Of a stretch of DNA of 44,798 bases, positions 18,759 to 28,891 are shown in pieces. The stretch covers positions 1 through 44,798 of the forward strand of contig SLSZ01000135.1 of assembly GCA_007130125.1 (NCBI GenBank). Reading direction: 5' to 3'. The notes beneath the pieces were generated by a model that saw nothing but the letters and a program-made list of their open reading frames with translations, had not been told where the DNA came from and did not search any database. Each line of letters begins with the position of its first letter. The stretch's first letter is position 1. The translations under genes and the position numbers were made by a program. Origin of the DNA: Bacteroidales bacterium. Its GTDB lineage: Bacteria; Bacteroidota; Bacteroidia; Bacteroidales; UBA7960.

Positions 18759-21251
18759 ATGATAAGGCTGAGGTATAATTTCATTTTCATTTTTCTGATT
18801 TTTTTATTCTCTTTTGACTTGCAAGCCCAGGTTACAAGGATTAGGGGGACTGTTACAGATTCTCATACTCAAGAACCGCTGCCTTTTGTAAATATTTCTT
18901 TAAAGAATACCGGTGTAGGAACAATAACCGACAAGGATGGTAATTTTTTTATCGAAACCCGTATTGAAGCCGATACGATAGTGGTTTCTTTTGTGGGTTA
19001 TAAAAAGCAAAAAAAAGCCATACAAAAATATCATTACCAGGAAATAAAGTTCGAACTCGAGCCTGACATGTATTACCTTGCAGAGGTTGTAATAAAACCT
19101 GGTGAAAACCCTGCTCATCCTATATTCAGAAATATTTTAGACAACAAGCACTTACACAATCCCGAAAGATTTGATACCTACAATTATGAAATTTATAACA
19201 AAATAGAAATAGGGGTTGATAATGTTGATGATAGACTGAAAAACAATCCGTTGCTGAGAGATTTTAGGTTCATTTTTGATTATGTTGATACATCGGCGAT
19301 TACAGGTAAGGTTTTCCTGCCCTTTTTAATAACCGAAAGCTTGTCGGATTACTATTACCGCCGTTCGCCCCGGCTTGAACGTGAAATAATAAAAGCAGCA
19401 AGCACATCAGGGATAGAAAATATCAGCGTTTCGGAACTTACAGGTCAGAGCTATCAAAAGATTAACATCTATGAAAATTTTGTAAGGGTTTTTGAACCGG
19501 GTTTTGTAAGCCCGATATCAGATTACGGACTGTTTTATTACAACTACCACCTTCTTGACAGTGGATATGTTGATAATAAGTATTGCTATCATATTTCATT
19601 TGTACCAAGAAGGCGACAAGACAGGACTTTCAGTGGTGATTTTTGGGTTAATGACACAACATTTGCAATCAAAAAAATCACAATGCGCCTGGCCGAAGAT
19701 GTTAATTTTAACTTCATAAACGATTTTGTTGCTGAGTTTGAGTATGCTCAGTTGGAAGATTCATCATGGTTTATGAAGCAGGAGCGGCTGTTTTTTGATT
19801 TTAACCTCGAACAACAACTGACAGGTTTTTATGTCAATAAAACTGCTCAATATGACAACATAGTTGTTAATGAACCAATACCGGAAGATGTTTTGAAGCT
19901 TCGTGACAAGATAGTAATAGACTCTGATGCAATAAAAAAGGACCGGGAGTTTTGGGATGAAAACCGCCCTTTACCACTTACCACCCAGGATGAGAATATT
20001 TATAAGATGGTTGACTCGGTTCAGGCAGTGCCGATATATCAGACTTATGAAAAGCTAGTAAGTATGTTTGTGATGGATCACTATGAGATTGGGTTGTTTG
20101 AGATAGGTCCATATTTCCGGATATTTAGTTTTAATGAAATTGAAGGCAACCGCTTGCGTCTAGGAGGTCGTACAAGCAACAATTTTAGCACCGATCTTAT
20201 GATCAGCGGATATGGAGCTTATGGAGAAAAAGACAGAAGGTTTAAATATGGAGGCGGTATTTTGTATTTGTTTGATAACAACCCAAGGTTTGCAGTGTTT
20301 GCCGATTACAAAAATGATATAGAACAACTTGGCCAAAGCCAATTGGCATTAACTGATGATAACCTCTTCAAGTCGTTGCTTCAGCGTAATCCAAACTACC
20401 AACTTACAATGGTACAAGAGGCTAATGTTGGTGTTGAAAAAGAATGGTTTCAGGGCTTTAACAGTATATTGACTTTTACTCACCGGCGTATAGAGCCTAA
20501 TGAATATGTGCCATTCAGAAAAACTCTTACAGGAGTGGATAATATCATAGATGAAGAGGATTCTCAAACAACAGAAATGGGTGATCTTAAGACTACGGAA
20601 ATATCTTTGAATCTAAGGCTAACGAGAGAAGAGAAAATTCTCAGGGGAGAGTTTGAGAGAATGAGTTTGGGAACAACAAAGCCGGTGTTGAACCTATATT
20701 TCACTGTGGGATTACAGGATATTTTTAAAAGTCAGTTTGATTATGCCAAAGCGAGTTTTAACCTGGAACACAGAGTTCCGGTAAGCCCTTTCGGGTATTT
20801 CAGGTATATAGTTGATGGAGGATGGATATTTGGATCGGTGCCGTATCCACTATTGGAATTACATCCGGGGAATGAAACTTACATATTTTACAGGCACGCT
20901 TTCAACATGATGAACTATTATGAGTTTGCCAGCGATAAGTATTTGAGTGTTTACCTGGCGCACCATTTCCAGGGCTTTTTCCTAAACCGTATACCACTTG
21001 TGCGCCGGCTTCAGCTACGTGAAGTAGTATCGGTAAAGGGTTTGATAGGCAGTCTCGATGATTCACACCGGCAGGTGATGGATTTTCCTGATGGGCTGCA
21101 TAGCCTTACAAAACCATATATTGAAGTGAGTGCCGGTATTGAGAATATATTTAAAGTGATAAGACTGGATGCTGTGTGGAGATTAAGTTACCTGGACCAT
21201 GAAAATATCGAGAGCTTTGGGCTGAGAACAACTGTACAATTTACGTTTTGA
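18759..21251 (+). CDS. DUF5686 / carboxypeptidase-like regulatory domain outer-membrane protein
   Basis: IRGTVTDSHTQEPLPFVNI; ENPAHPI; FVSPIS; FNEIEGNRLRLGGRT; C-terminal QFTF. Confidence 0.85.
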   Translation: MIRLRYNFIFIFLIFLFSFDLQAQVTRIRGTVTDSHTQEPLPFVNISLKNTGVGTITDKDGNFFIETRIEADTIVVSFVGYKKQKKAIQKYHYQEIKFELEPDMYYLAEVVIKPGENPAHPIFRNILDNKHLHNPERFDTYNYEIYNKIEIGVDNVDDRLKNNPLLRDFRFIFDYVDTSAITGKVFLPFLITESLSDYYYRRSPRLEREIIKAASTSGIENISVSELTGQSYQKINIYENFVRVFEPGFVSPISDYGLFYYNYHLLDSGYVDNKYCYHISFVPRRRQDRTFSGDFWVNDTTFAIKKITMRLAEDVNFNFINDFVAEFEYAQLEDSSWFMKQERLFFDFNLEQQLTGFYVNKTAQYDNIVVNEPIPEDVLKLRDKIVIDSDAIKKDREFWDENRPLPLTTQDENIYKMVDSVQAVPIYQTYEKLVSMFVMDHYEIGLFEIGPYFRIFSFNEIEGNRLRLGGRTSNNFSTDLMISGYGAYGEKDRRFKYGGGILYLFDNNPRFAVFADYKNDIEQLGQSQLALTDDNLFKSLLQRNPNYQLTMVQEANVGVEKEWFQGFNSILTFTHRRIEPNEYVPFRKTLTGVDNIIDEEDSQTTEMGDLKTTEISLNLRLTREEKILRGEFERMSLGTTKPVLNLYFTVGLQDIFKSQFDYAKASFNLEHRVPVSPFGYFRYIVDGGWIFGSVPYPLLELHPGNETYIFYRHAFNMMNYYEFASDKYLSVYLAHHFQGFFLNRIPLVRRLQLREVVSVKGLIGSLDDSHRQVMDFPDGLHSLTKPYIEVSAGIENIFKVIRLDAVWRLSYLDHENIESFGLRTTVQFTF

Positions 21252-21274
21252 TTTTATAGGGTTGTGTTTATATA

Positions 21275-21399
21275 TTTATAGGCTTATAGGTTGATAGTGA
21301 TGAGGCGTATTTAGTCGTGTAGTCGTTGATTTGATAGAGTCATAGGCAACTGATTACCGATTACTGACTACTCGTCACCCGTCACTCGTCACCCGTTAC
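21275..21399. repeat. Degenerate 8-mer and 7-mer tandem repeats
   Basis: TTTATAGG CTTATAGG TTGATAGT; TTTAGTCG TGTAGTCG; then ACTGATT ACCGATT ACTGACT ACTCGTC ACCCGTC ACTCGTC ACCCGTT (21349-21397). Confidence 0.85.
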
Positions 21400-21434
21400 G
21401 ATATTGATAGAAATCAGTACTTTAAATAAATTTT

Positions 21435-22349
21435 ATGCAGATGAAGCGAATACTAATCATATACTACACCCAATCCGGCCAATTGAAACAAATTTCCGAC
21501 TCTGTGGCCGGGCCATTGATGTCGGAAAATGACATTGTCGTGGATTACTATCGTATTAAGCCGGTAGAAGATTACCCTTTCCCGTGGCCATCGGATGAGT
21601 TTTTTGACTGTATGCCCGAGTCGGTGGAGAAGGTGCCCGTAGAACTTGATTTGTCAGATTTTCCTGCAAACAATAATTATGACCTTGTAATATTGTCTTA
21701 CCAGGTTTGGTACCTTTCGCCGGCAATTCCTGTCACTTCGTTTTTAAAGAGTGATGTTGCCAAAGAGTTCCTTAACGGGAAAAAAGTTGTCACACTGCTG
21801 GGTGTGCGAAACATGTGGGTAGTGGCACAGGAGTACGTTAAAGAAAAGCTTATACAAAATCATGCAAAGGTGGTAGGTAATATTGTATTATCAGATAAGT
21901 CGCATAACCTGGTATCAGTCTTGACAATTATAAAGTGGCTTATGGGAGGTAATAAGGGGCCTTACAGTTTTCTTCCCGAGGCCGGTGTATCTGAAAAAGA
22001 CATCAGAAATGCTGCAGTTTTTGCCCGGCCAATAAAGCAAGCTCTAAAAAACAATGATTACGGCAGTTTACAAAAAGAGCTGGTAGCTTTGGACGGTGTT
22101 AGAGTTAAGTACCATCTGATGCAAATGGAGAAAAATGCTTTCAGGATATTCAGGATATGGGCAAAGCTAATCCGCAAAAAAGGCGAAGCAAAAAACAAAA
22201 AACGGCTGGTACGCGTAAGGTTATTTAAGTATTACCTGTTGTTTGTGATCTTTGTATTGTCACCTGTAGCGTCGTTGGTGTTTCATGTTAAAAGGTTTGT
22301 GATGTTTAAGAGGGCGAAGAAGCAACTAAATTATTATATGGGATATTAG
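21435..22349 (+). CDS. darA: Dialkylresorcinol condensing enzyme DarA
   Basis: ILIIYYTQSGQL flavodoxin-like start, YPFPW, YQVWYLSP, RNMW, AGVS; context of darB and an aryl-polyene cluster. Confidence 0.85.
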   Translation: MQMKRILIIYYTQSGQLKQISDSVAGPLMSENDIVVDYYRIKPVEDYPFPWPSDEFFDCMPESVEKVPVELDLSDFPANNNYDLVILSYQVWYLSPAIPVTSFLKSDVAKEFLNGKKVVTLLGVRNMWVVAQEYVKEKLIQNHAKVVGNIVLSDKSHNLVSVLTIIKWLMGGNKGPYSFLPEAGVSEKDIRNAAVFARPIKQALKNNDYGSLQKELVALDGVRVKYHLMQMEKNAFRIFRIWAKLIRKKGEAKNKKRLVRVRLFKYYLLFVIFVLSPVASLVFHVKRFVMFKRAKKQLNYYMGY

Positions 22350-22429
22350 GATTAACCAGGATTATGAATTAAAATAAATCATACTTACAGCATAAAATCA
22401 AATATTCTTTCAGTTAAACAGGTGTTGTT

Positions 22430-23308
22430 TTATGGCACCGGATGTCCCTGTGATTCTTCTAGAATCCTGTACCATTGTTCAACACTCATTTTAACTTTTA
22501 AGGCCTCCATGGCCGATTTTATTCTTTCGGTTTTCATAGTTCCGATTATCGGGTAAACCTGTGAAGGATGTTTAAGTAACCAGGCAAGTGCAATTGCATC
22601 AACATTAAAACCTCCCAGCTCATCACCTATTTTTGTCAACATTTCACGTACCCTGACTGTTTGTTCATCCTTATCTATGAATAATCTTCCACCTGCCAGG
22701 GGAGACCAGGCTAATGGCATTATTTGTTTCTGTATGCATTGATCTAAAGTTCCGTCAAAAAGTGGTTGAGGATGCAAAGCTGAAAATTCAATTTGATTTG
22801 TCACTAATGGGGTGTTCATACAAGCCCTCATCATGTTAACCTGGGATGTTGTAAAGTTCGAAACACCAAAGTTTAACACCTTACCATCTTTTTTTAATTG
22901 TTGAAATGTGTTATCAATCTCATATGGGTCAATTAACTGATCCGGCCTGTGTATAAGTAGAATATCCAAGTAGTCAGTGCCAAGATCAGTAAGTGTTTGG
23001 TTAACTGATTCAATGATGTGTTTGTTTGTAGTATTATAAGATTTGATTTTCGGGTTTGCGTTGGGCTTGCTTTTAAGTACAATGCCTGCCTTGCTGATTA
23101 TTTTGAACTTTTTTCGTAATGTTTTGTCGGTTTTAAATGCTCTGCCCAGCCACTTTTGGCTGTTATAATTGCCGTATATATCAGCCTCATCAAGAGTATT
23201 TATACCAGCGTCAAAGGCTGTGTTGAGTATTTGGGTAATTTCTGCGGCCGGAATATCTTGAATTCGTAAAAAGCCTAGCACTACCCTTGAAATATCAGTT
23301 TTAAACAT
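22430..23308 (-). CDS. Aldo/keto reductase (YdhF/YcsN-like)
   Basis: DEADIYG, ISKAG, LIHRPD, FGVSNF, NQIEFS, AWSPLAGG, PIIGT. Confidence 0.9.
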   Translation of the reverse strand: MFKTDISRVVLGFLRIQDIPAAEITQILNTAFDAGINTLDEADIYGNYNSQKWLGRAFKTDKTLRKKFKIISKAGIVLKSKPNANPKIKSYNTTNKHIIESVNQTLTDLGTDYLDILLIHRPDQLIDPYEIDNTFQQLKKDGKVLNFGVSNFTTSQVNMMRACMNTPLVTNQIEFSALHPQPLFDGTLDQCIQKQIMPLAWSPLAGGRLFIDKDEQTVRVREMLTKIGDELGGFNVDAIALAWLLKHPSQVYPIIGTMKTERIKSAMEALKVKMSVEQWYRILEESQGHPVP

Positions 23309-23465
23309 GCTTGTAAATTTTTTTCTCTAAAGTAGTTGATTTTTTTAAAAAATAGACATATTTTCTTCTGTTTATCAGCGAGCTTCAACTTATGATTGCA
23401 CAATTCAAATTATTTCTTTTTCTTTGCATTTTTTAAATAATACTTTTTATTCTACTAACCGAAAG

Positions 23466-24617
23466 ATGTCAGACATAAATAACAGAGCAGTTTATATTAC
23501 CCGGTTATCAAAATTTTTGCCGAATGATCCTGTAATGAATGATGAGATGGAGGATTTTATAGGTCAGATCAAGGGACAGAAATCACGTTCAAAAAGTATT
23601 ATACTTAGAAGCAATGGCATAAAAAGCCGGTATTATGCACTTGACAAAAACGGTAAGTCAACCCACACAAACTATGAGCTTACTTATGAGGCTATAAAAG
23701 GTTTGATTGGTAACGGTTTTACTTTAAAAGATATTGATTTGTTATCATGTGGCACTACATCGCCCGATCAGATGCTTCCTTCACATGCCTCAATGGTACA
23801 GGGCAAATTGGGTTGCAATTCTATAGAAGTAATTTCACCTGCCGGCTCGTGCAATTCCGGTATGCTGGCATTGAAATACGGTTATCTCTCGGTATTGGCT
23901 GGCATGTCAAAAAATGCGGTATGTTCAGGATCAGAAAAGATATCCACCTGGATACAATCCAAAAATTTCGGCGAAGAGGCCGAACGGCTTGAACAGCTTG
24001 GTAAAAACCCATATCTCGCTTTTGAGAAAGAGTTCCTGAGATGGATGCTTTCTGATGGAGCTGCTGCGGTGCTGTTGCAGAAAGAACCAAACCTGGATGA
24101 GTTATCTCTTAAGATAGACTGGATTGAGATCAAATCGTATGCTAATGAAGCAGATACCTGCATGTGTGCCGGTGCGGTGCAAAAAGAAAACGGTGAATTG
24201 ATACCATGGCGTGATCTTTCCCAGCAAGAGCAAATGAATAGTTCGGTGTTTACCTTAAGGCAGGATACACGGATCCTTGAAAAAAACATTACAAGGTTCG
24301 GGGCAAAATTTTTGGTTGAAGTATCTGAAAAACATAGTTTCAATCCCTCAGAGACAGACTATTTTTTGCCACACATGTCATCAGAGTTCTTTCGTAAGAT
24401 AATACAGAAAGATTCGCTGGATCATGGAGTAGAAATACCCGAAGAAAAGTGGTTCACCAATCTTCATAAAGTTGGTAATGTCGGCTCTGCCTCTGCCTTC
24501 CTTATGCTTGAAGAGCTTTATAATAGCGGAAAATTAAAAGCCGGTGAAAAGATCCTAATCATGGTACCCGAAAGTGCCAGGTTTTCATATGCATATATGC
24601 ATTTAACTGTTGTGTAA
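23466..24617 (+). CDS. darB: DarB/StlD-family beta-ketoacyl-ACP synthase III
   Basis: Catalytic triad AGSC, LPHMSS, VGNVGSAS; FEKEFLRWMLSDGA; MVPESARF. ATG 23466 is preferred over TTG 23424. Confidence 0.88.
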   Translation: MSDINNRAVYITRLSKFLPNDPVMNDEMEDFIGQIKGQKSRSKSIILRSNGIKSRYYALDKNGKSTHTNYELTYEAIKGLIGNGFTLKDIDLLSCGTTSPDQMLPSHASMVQGKLGCNSIEVISPAGSCNSGMLALKYGYLSVLAGMSKNAVCSGSEKISTWIQSKNFGEEAERLEQLGKNPYLAFEKEFLRWMLSDGAAAVLLQKEPNLDELSLKIDWIEIKSYANEADTCMCAGAVQKENGELIPWRDLSQQEQMNSSVFTLRQDTRILEKNITRFGAKFLVEVSEKHSFNPSETDYFLPHMSSEFFRKIIQKDSLDHGVEIPEEKWFTNLHKVGNVGSASAFLMLEELYNSGKLKAGEKILIMVPESARFSYAYMHLTVV

Positions 24618-24619
24618 TT

Positions 24620-25021
24620 ATGAAAAAGAAAGAGGTTCCTCAAGACGATGCCAACTTGCTTGAAGGCAAAACCCGTGAACTGCAATATGCAGTTGATGAA
24701 AAAGGAAACTATACTATTGTAAAAAGTGTTGGATGGGAACCGAAAAATATTGTGCTGCAACAAACCTGGGAGGAGATAAACGAAAAACTGGAGCAGGTGA
24801 GAGAACAGGTGAAAGCCGGCAAATATAGTCCGCTGTATTATCACATGAAAAAACACCTTTTAACCAAAAGGATGTTGGCAAAATATGCCGGAATTAGTGT
24901 TTTTAAAGTGTGGTTTCATCTGAAGCCGAAAAGTTATGCGAAGCTCAGCAAAGAGAATATAGAAAAATATAAAAAAGCTCTGAATTTGAAGCCGGAGGAG
25001 GATTTGGGGAATGTTGATTAG
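24620..25021 (+). CDS. Conserved hypothetical protein of dar/flexirubin clusters
   Basis: MKKKEVPQD..YAVDE.G.Y...S.GW..K, SPLYYHM, HTH-like C-terminus; follows darB by 2 bp. Confidence 0.75.
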   Translation: MKKKEVPQDDANLLEGKTRELQYAVDEKGNYTIVKSVGWEPKNIVLQQTWEEINEKLEQVREQVKAGKYSPLYYHMKKHLLTKRMLAKYAGISVFKVWFHLKPKSYAKLSKENIEKYKKALNLKPEEDLGNVD

Positions 25022-25026
25022 ATAAT

Positions 25027-25061
25027 GGGCATAGGGCATGGGGCATAAAGCATAGGGCAAT
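25027..25061. repeat. Heptamer tandem repeat (GGGCATA)x5, degenerate
   Basis: GGGCATA GGGCATG GGGCATA AAGCATA GGGCAAT, followed by GAGA-rich and TTTGGGATTT-type low-complexity repeats to about 25165. Confidence 0.85.
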
Positions 25062-25211
25062 TAGCGCTGAGTACGGAGAGGGAGAGAACTGAGAGTGTGA
25101 GAGATTAAAGTTTGGTTTTTGGGATTTTGAATTTATTTTGAACTTGGGATTTTATTTTGGGATTTTCTTTTGGTTGCTTTTTGCTTATATTAAATTGAGG
25201 TTCTTACAGAA

Positions 25212-26228
25212 ATGAAGATAGATTACCAACATAAAATGGCAGCTCATTGCGAGAACGGTGCCATAATGAGCCTTTTAAACCACCATGGCATTAAGCTAAG
25301 TGAAGCTATGATCTTTGGTATAGGTTCGGGAATATATTTTTCTCATATACCAATTATTAAGCTTAACGGATTGCCTTTGACTTCATTCAGGCCATGGCCG
25401 GGAGCGATTTTTAAAAGGGCTTCAAAAGCATTGGGCATTGATGTTGAAGTGAAAAAGTTTCGGAATCCTGAAAAGGCAATGGTTGCACTTGATGATAATC
25501 TTGAAAGGGGAATACCAACAGGCATGGTTGTTGGAGTGTTTTACCTGGATTATTTTCCGGCTCCTTACAGATTTCATTTTAATGCGCATAATATAATAGG
25601 CGTAGGCAAAGAGAACGGGAATTATATTATTAGCGATCCAATTATGGAGTCGTTTGAACATCTTTCTTATGATAGTTTGAAGAAAGTGCGTTTCGCACAG
25701 GGGCTGCAAGCACCAAGAGGAAAAATGTATTACATAAAAAACCTGCCAAATGAAATTAATATTAAGGTAGCAATTATAAAAGGCCTAAAGCGTACGGTAA
25801 GGGAGATGGTGATTCTTCCCGGGCCGGTTATAGGTGCAAGGGGAATAAAATACTTGTCAAAAAAAGTAAGAAAATACCCAAAAAGATATTCACCCAGGGA
25901 GGCATCAAAGCGGTTAGGTCAGATTGTTCGAATGCAGGAGGAGATTGGTACGGGAGGGGCAGGATTTAGATTTTTGTTTGCTGCTTTTCTGCAAGAAGCA
26001 TCTGAGATCCTTGAAAATAAAAGGCTGAATGAGCTGTCGGCCAGTATGACCGAAATTGGAGATATGTGGCGTGACTTTGCAGTACATGCCGGAAGGATCA
26101 TAAAAGAAAGAAATGAAGTTGAGACCTATGATAGTATAGCGAATTTGTTGCTGGATATTTCAGCAAAGGAAAATATAGTATATAAGGAGCTGGCAAAAGT
26201 GGTGAAAGAGGAGAGTTTGAAGGCGTAG
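25212..26228 (+). CDS. BtrH N-terminal domain / DUF4872 protein (papain-like Cys hydrolase/transferase)
   Basis: AHCENG, SEAMIFGIGSG, FHFNAHN, EEIGTGGAGFR. Confidence 0.82.
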   Translation: MKIDYQHKMAAHCENGAIMSLLNHHGIKLSEAMIFGIGSGIYFSHIPIIKLNGLPLTSFRPWPGAIFKRASKALGIDVEVKKFRNPEKAMVALDDNLERGIPTGMVVGVFYLDYFPAPYRFHFNAHNIIGVGKENGNYIISDPIMESFEHLSYDSLKKVRFAQGLQAPRGKMYYIKNLPNEINIKVAIIKGLKRTVREMVILPGPVIGARGIKYLSKKVRKYPKRYSPREASKRLGQIVRMQEEIGTGGAGFRFLFAAFLQEASEILENKRLNELSASMTEIGDMWRDFAVHAGRIIKERNEVETYDSIANLLLDISAKENIVYKELAKVVKEESLKA

Positions 26229-26259
26229 GATTGTGAGCACTGAGAGGTAATTGGTCAGA

Positions 26260-26324
26260 GGTAATCAGTAATCGGCAACCATCAACTCAACGACTAAACA
26301 ACTCAACCTATCAATCAATCAACC
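26260..26324. repeat. Degenerate 7-mer/8-mer tandem repeats, inverted relative to 21275-21372
   Basis: GGTAATC AGTAATC GGCAACC, then TCAAC/TAAAC-based octamers. Confidence 0.75.
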
Positions 26325-26351
26325 AAAAAAACGTTGGTAATAAATAAATTT

Positions 26352-27107
26352 ATGGAAAATAACGTTTTAATAGAGATCAACAATTTAAGTAAAACTTATC
26401 TTAAAGGCAGGGACCCTGCGCTTGATAAGCTTAATCTTGATATTTACAACGGGGAGATCTTTGGTTTGCTGGGTCCGAATGGAGCAGGAAAAACAACTAC
26501 AATTTCAATATTGTGTAATTTGATCAAGTCCACCGAAGGTAGTTGCAGTATAAAAGGCTTTGACGTTCACAAAGAATTTAGGTTTGTAAAACCTTTCATT
26601 GGAGTAGTTTCACAGGATATTGCTTTATACCAGCTGCTAACGCCATATGAAAACCTTGTATATTTTGGCAGCATGTTTGACCTGCCAAAAAAAGAATTAA
26701 AGGAAAGAATTGATTACTTCCTTGAGAAAATGGGGCTATACAAGGTAAAAAATGAAAAGATTAAGCATTTTTCGGGAGGTATGAAGCGCCGGGTAAACCT
26801 TATTGCCGGCATTTTGCATGATCCCAGGCTTGTATTTCTTGATGAACCTACAGTAGGAATAGATGTGCAATCAAGAATGGTTATACTTGACTATTTGAAT
26901 GAGCTCAATAAGGAGGGAGTTACTTTGCTGTACTCATCACATATGCTGGATGAGGCAGAAAAACTTTGTACGAGGATTGCAATAATTGATTATGGTAAAC
27001 TGCTGACTGTCGGAACACCGGAAGAACTTATAACTGAATACAACAGCAATTGCAAAAACCTTGAAGATGTGTTCCTGCATCTGACCGGAAGACATGTGAG
27101 GGATTAA
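26352..27107 (+). CDS. ABC transporter ATP-binding protein
   Basis: Walker A GPNGAGKTT, signature FSGGM, Walker B VFLDEP, H-loop SSH. Confidence 0.92.
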   Translation: MENNVLIEINNLSKTYLKGRDPALDKLNLDIYNGEIFGLLGPNGAGKTTTISILCNLIKSTEGSCSIKGFDVHKEFRFVKPFIGVVSQDIALYQLLTPYENLVYFGSMFDLPKKELKERIDYFLEKMGLYKVKNEKIKHFSGGMKRRVNLIAGILHDPRLVFLDEPTVGIDVQSRMVILDYLNELNKEGVTLLYSSHMLDEAEKLCTRIAIIDYGKLLTVGTPEELITEYNSNCKNLEDVFLHLTGRHVRD

Positions 27108-27185
27108 TTTTTTTGAAATTTTGATTTGCATATTCAACATATATATCATTTTTAGATTTTTTAACAGTGGAGCGTAATTAATAAA

Positions 27186-28460
27186 ATGAGAAAACTTCTT
27201 GCATCAATACAAAAAGAGTATCGTATACTGATTCGCGATTTTGAGGGTCTGGCGCTTATGTTTGTCATGCCCCTGGTTTTAGTGTTTGTAATTACCATTC
27301 TGCAGGAAAAGACATACCAGACCATCAATGAAACCAGGGTACCTGTTGTATTGATCGACAATGATATGGACTCTGTTGGAACAGCATTCACGCATGGAGT
27401 AAAGAGCAACGGCTTTTTTGAGGTTACAGTTATTCAGAATGCTGATTCGGCGGAAATGGCAAAAGCTCGTGATGATGTTGCAAGTGGTAAATATCAAATG
27501 GGGATTATAGTTCCTGAAGGTACTACTAAATCAATCAGAAACCGGGTAGTTGCATTAGTGCAGGAGCAGGTGCCGGCTATGATGAATGTGGATACTACAG
27601 GTTTGAAAAAGTCCGTTCAGGTTGACTTGTTCTTTGATCCTATTACTAAAGACTCTTTCAGAAGTATTATCAAAAGCAACTTAAGGGAATTCAGCTCAAA
27701 GATAGAAACGCGTATTGTGTTTATTACTTATAGCAGAATAATAGATGCTATGATGAATCAATCAACATATTTGCAATATCCTGAAGAGGCGGTTATAGAG
27801 TTTGATGAAAGTTATATTTGCGAGTTTGGGCAGCAGGATGCTCCCAGCTCAGTTCAGCATAACGTACCTGCATGGACATTGTTTGCAATGTTTTTTATTT
27901 GTATACCTTTGGCCGGAAATATTATAAAAGAGCGTTATGACGGTTGCCTTGACAGGCTCAAAACCATGCCTGTTTCCTATTTGACGGTAACATTCAGTAA
28001 GCTTCTGATGTTTCTCGTAGTTACTATGATGCAGGCAGCAGTTATAGTAATGGTCGGCATTTGGGTTATTCCGCTGGCAGATGTTCAACCACTGCAGTTG
28101 GGAAGCAATATTGCAGGTTTTGTTTTTATGACAGTCTCTGCCGGTCTGGCTGCTACCGGCTATGGTATAATGATCGGTACAATTGCAAAATCATATATGC
28201 AGGCATCAACATTCGGTGCTGTTTCAACAGTGATATTGGCTGCTTTGGGAGGTGTATGGATCCCATTATACGTTATGAGCCCGGCAATGAGGCAAATCAG
28301 CCAACTATCCCCTATGAACTGGGGTATACAGGGATATTATGAGTATTTCCTGAGAGATGCTGCATTTGTAAATATTTTTCCATATGCATTCAAACTTCTA
28401 TTGTTTTTTGTTGTTTGCCTTTTAGTTGCATATTTTTATAAAAAGTATCAAAAAGTATAG
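27186..28460 (+). CDS. ABC-2 type exporter permease
   Basis: KEYRILIRD..LMFVMP, large periplasmic loop, QHNVPAWTLFAMFF, GGVWIP, SPMNWG. Confidence 0.9.
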   Translation: MRKLLASIQKEYRILIRDFEGLALMFVMPLVLVFVITILQEKTYQTINETRVPVVLIDNDMDSVGTAFTHGVKSNGFFEVTVIQNADSAEMAKARDDVASGKYQMGIIVPEGTTKSIRNRVVALVQEQVPAMMNVDTTGLKKSVQVDLFFDPITKDSFRSIIKSNLREFSSKIETRIVFITYSRIIDAMMNQSTYLQYPEEAVIEFDESYICEFGQQDAPSSVQHNVPAWTLFAMFFICIPLAGNIIKERYDGCLDRLKTMPVSYLTVTFSKLLMFLVVTMMQAAVIVMVGIWVIPLADVQPLQLGSNIAGFVFMTVSAGLAATGYGIMIGTIAKSYMQASTFGAVSTVILAALGGVWIPLYVMSPAMRQISQLSPMNWGIQGYYEYFLRDAAFVNIFPYAFKLLLFFVVCLLVAYFYKKYQKV

Positions 28461-28462
28461 AT

Positions 28463-28891
28463 TTGACAAAAAAAAAACAACTTATTAACAGAACAGAGAT
28501 TGTAGTCAGGTTCAGCGAAGTTGACTCGATGGGAATTGTTTGGCATGGCCATTATATAAAATTCTTTGAAGACGGAAGGGAAGCTTTCGGCAAGGAACAT
28601 AATATCGGGTATTTGGATATTTATGATAAAGGGTATTTAGCGCCTGTAGTAAAAGTCAATTGCGACTTTAAGCGGTATGTTAAATATGGTGATGCAATTA
28701 TTGTTGAGACTGAGTTCATAAATACAAAAGCAGCTAAAATTGTTTTTAAATTCAAGATCTTTAACAAAAGAAACGACGAGTTAGTTGCCGAGGGAGAAAG
28801 CATACAGGTGTTTACAATGCCTAATGGAGAGCTGGTGCTTACTAATCCCCCGTTTTTTGAAGCATGGAAAAAGGAAAAAGGATTTGTGTGA
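28463..28891 (+). CDS. Acyl-CoA thioesterase (hotdog fold, 4HBT-like)
   Basis: VRFSEVDSMGIVWHGHYIKFFEDGRE. Confidence 0.9.
   Translation: MTKKKQLINRTEIVVRFSEVDSMGIVWHGHYIKFFEDGREAFGKEHNIGYLDIYDKGYLAPVVKVNCDFKRYVKYGDAIIVETEFINTKAAKIVFKFKIFNKRNDELVAEGESIQVFTMPNGELVLTNPPFFEAWKKEKGFV

Noticed and set aside
24860-25060. ORF starting MPYALCPMPYA on the minus strand
   Set aside because: It is an artefact of the GGGCATA heptamer repeat, antisense to a real gene.
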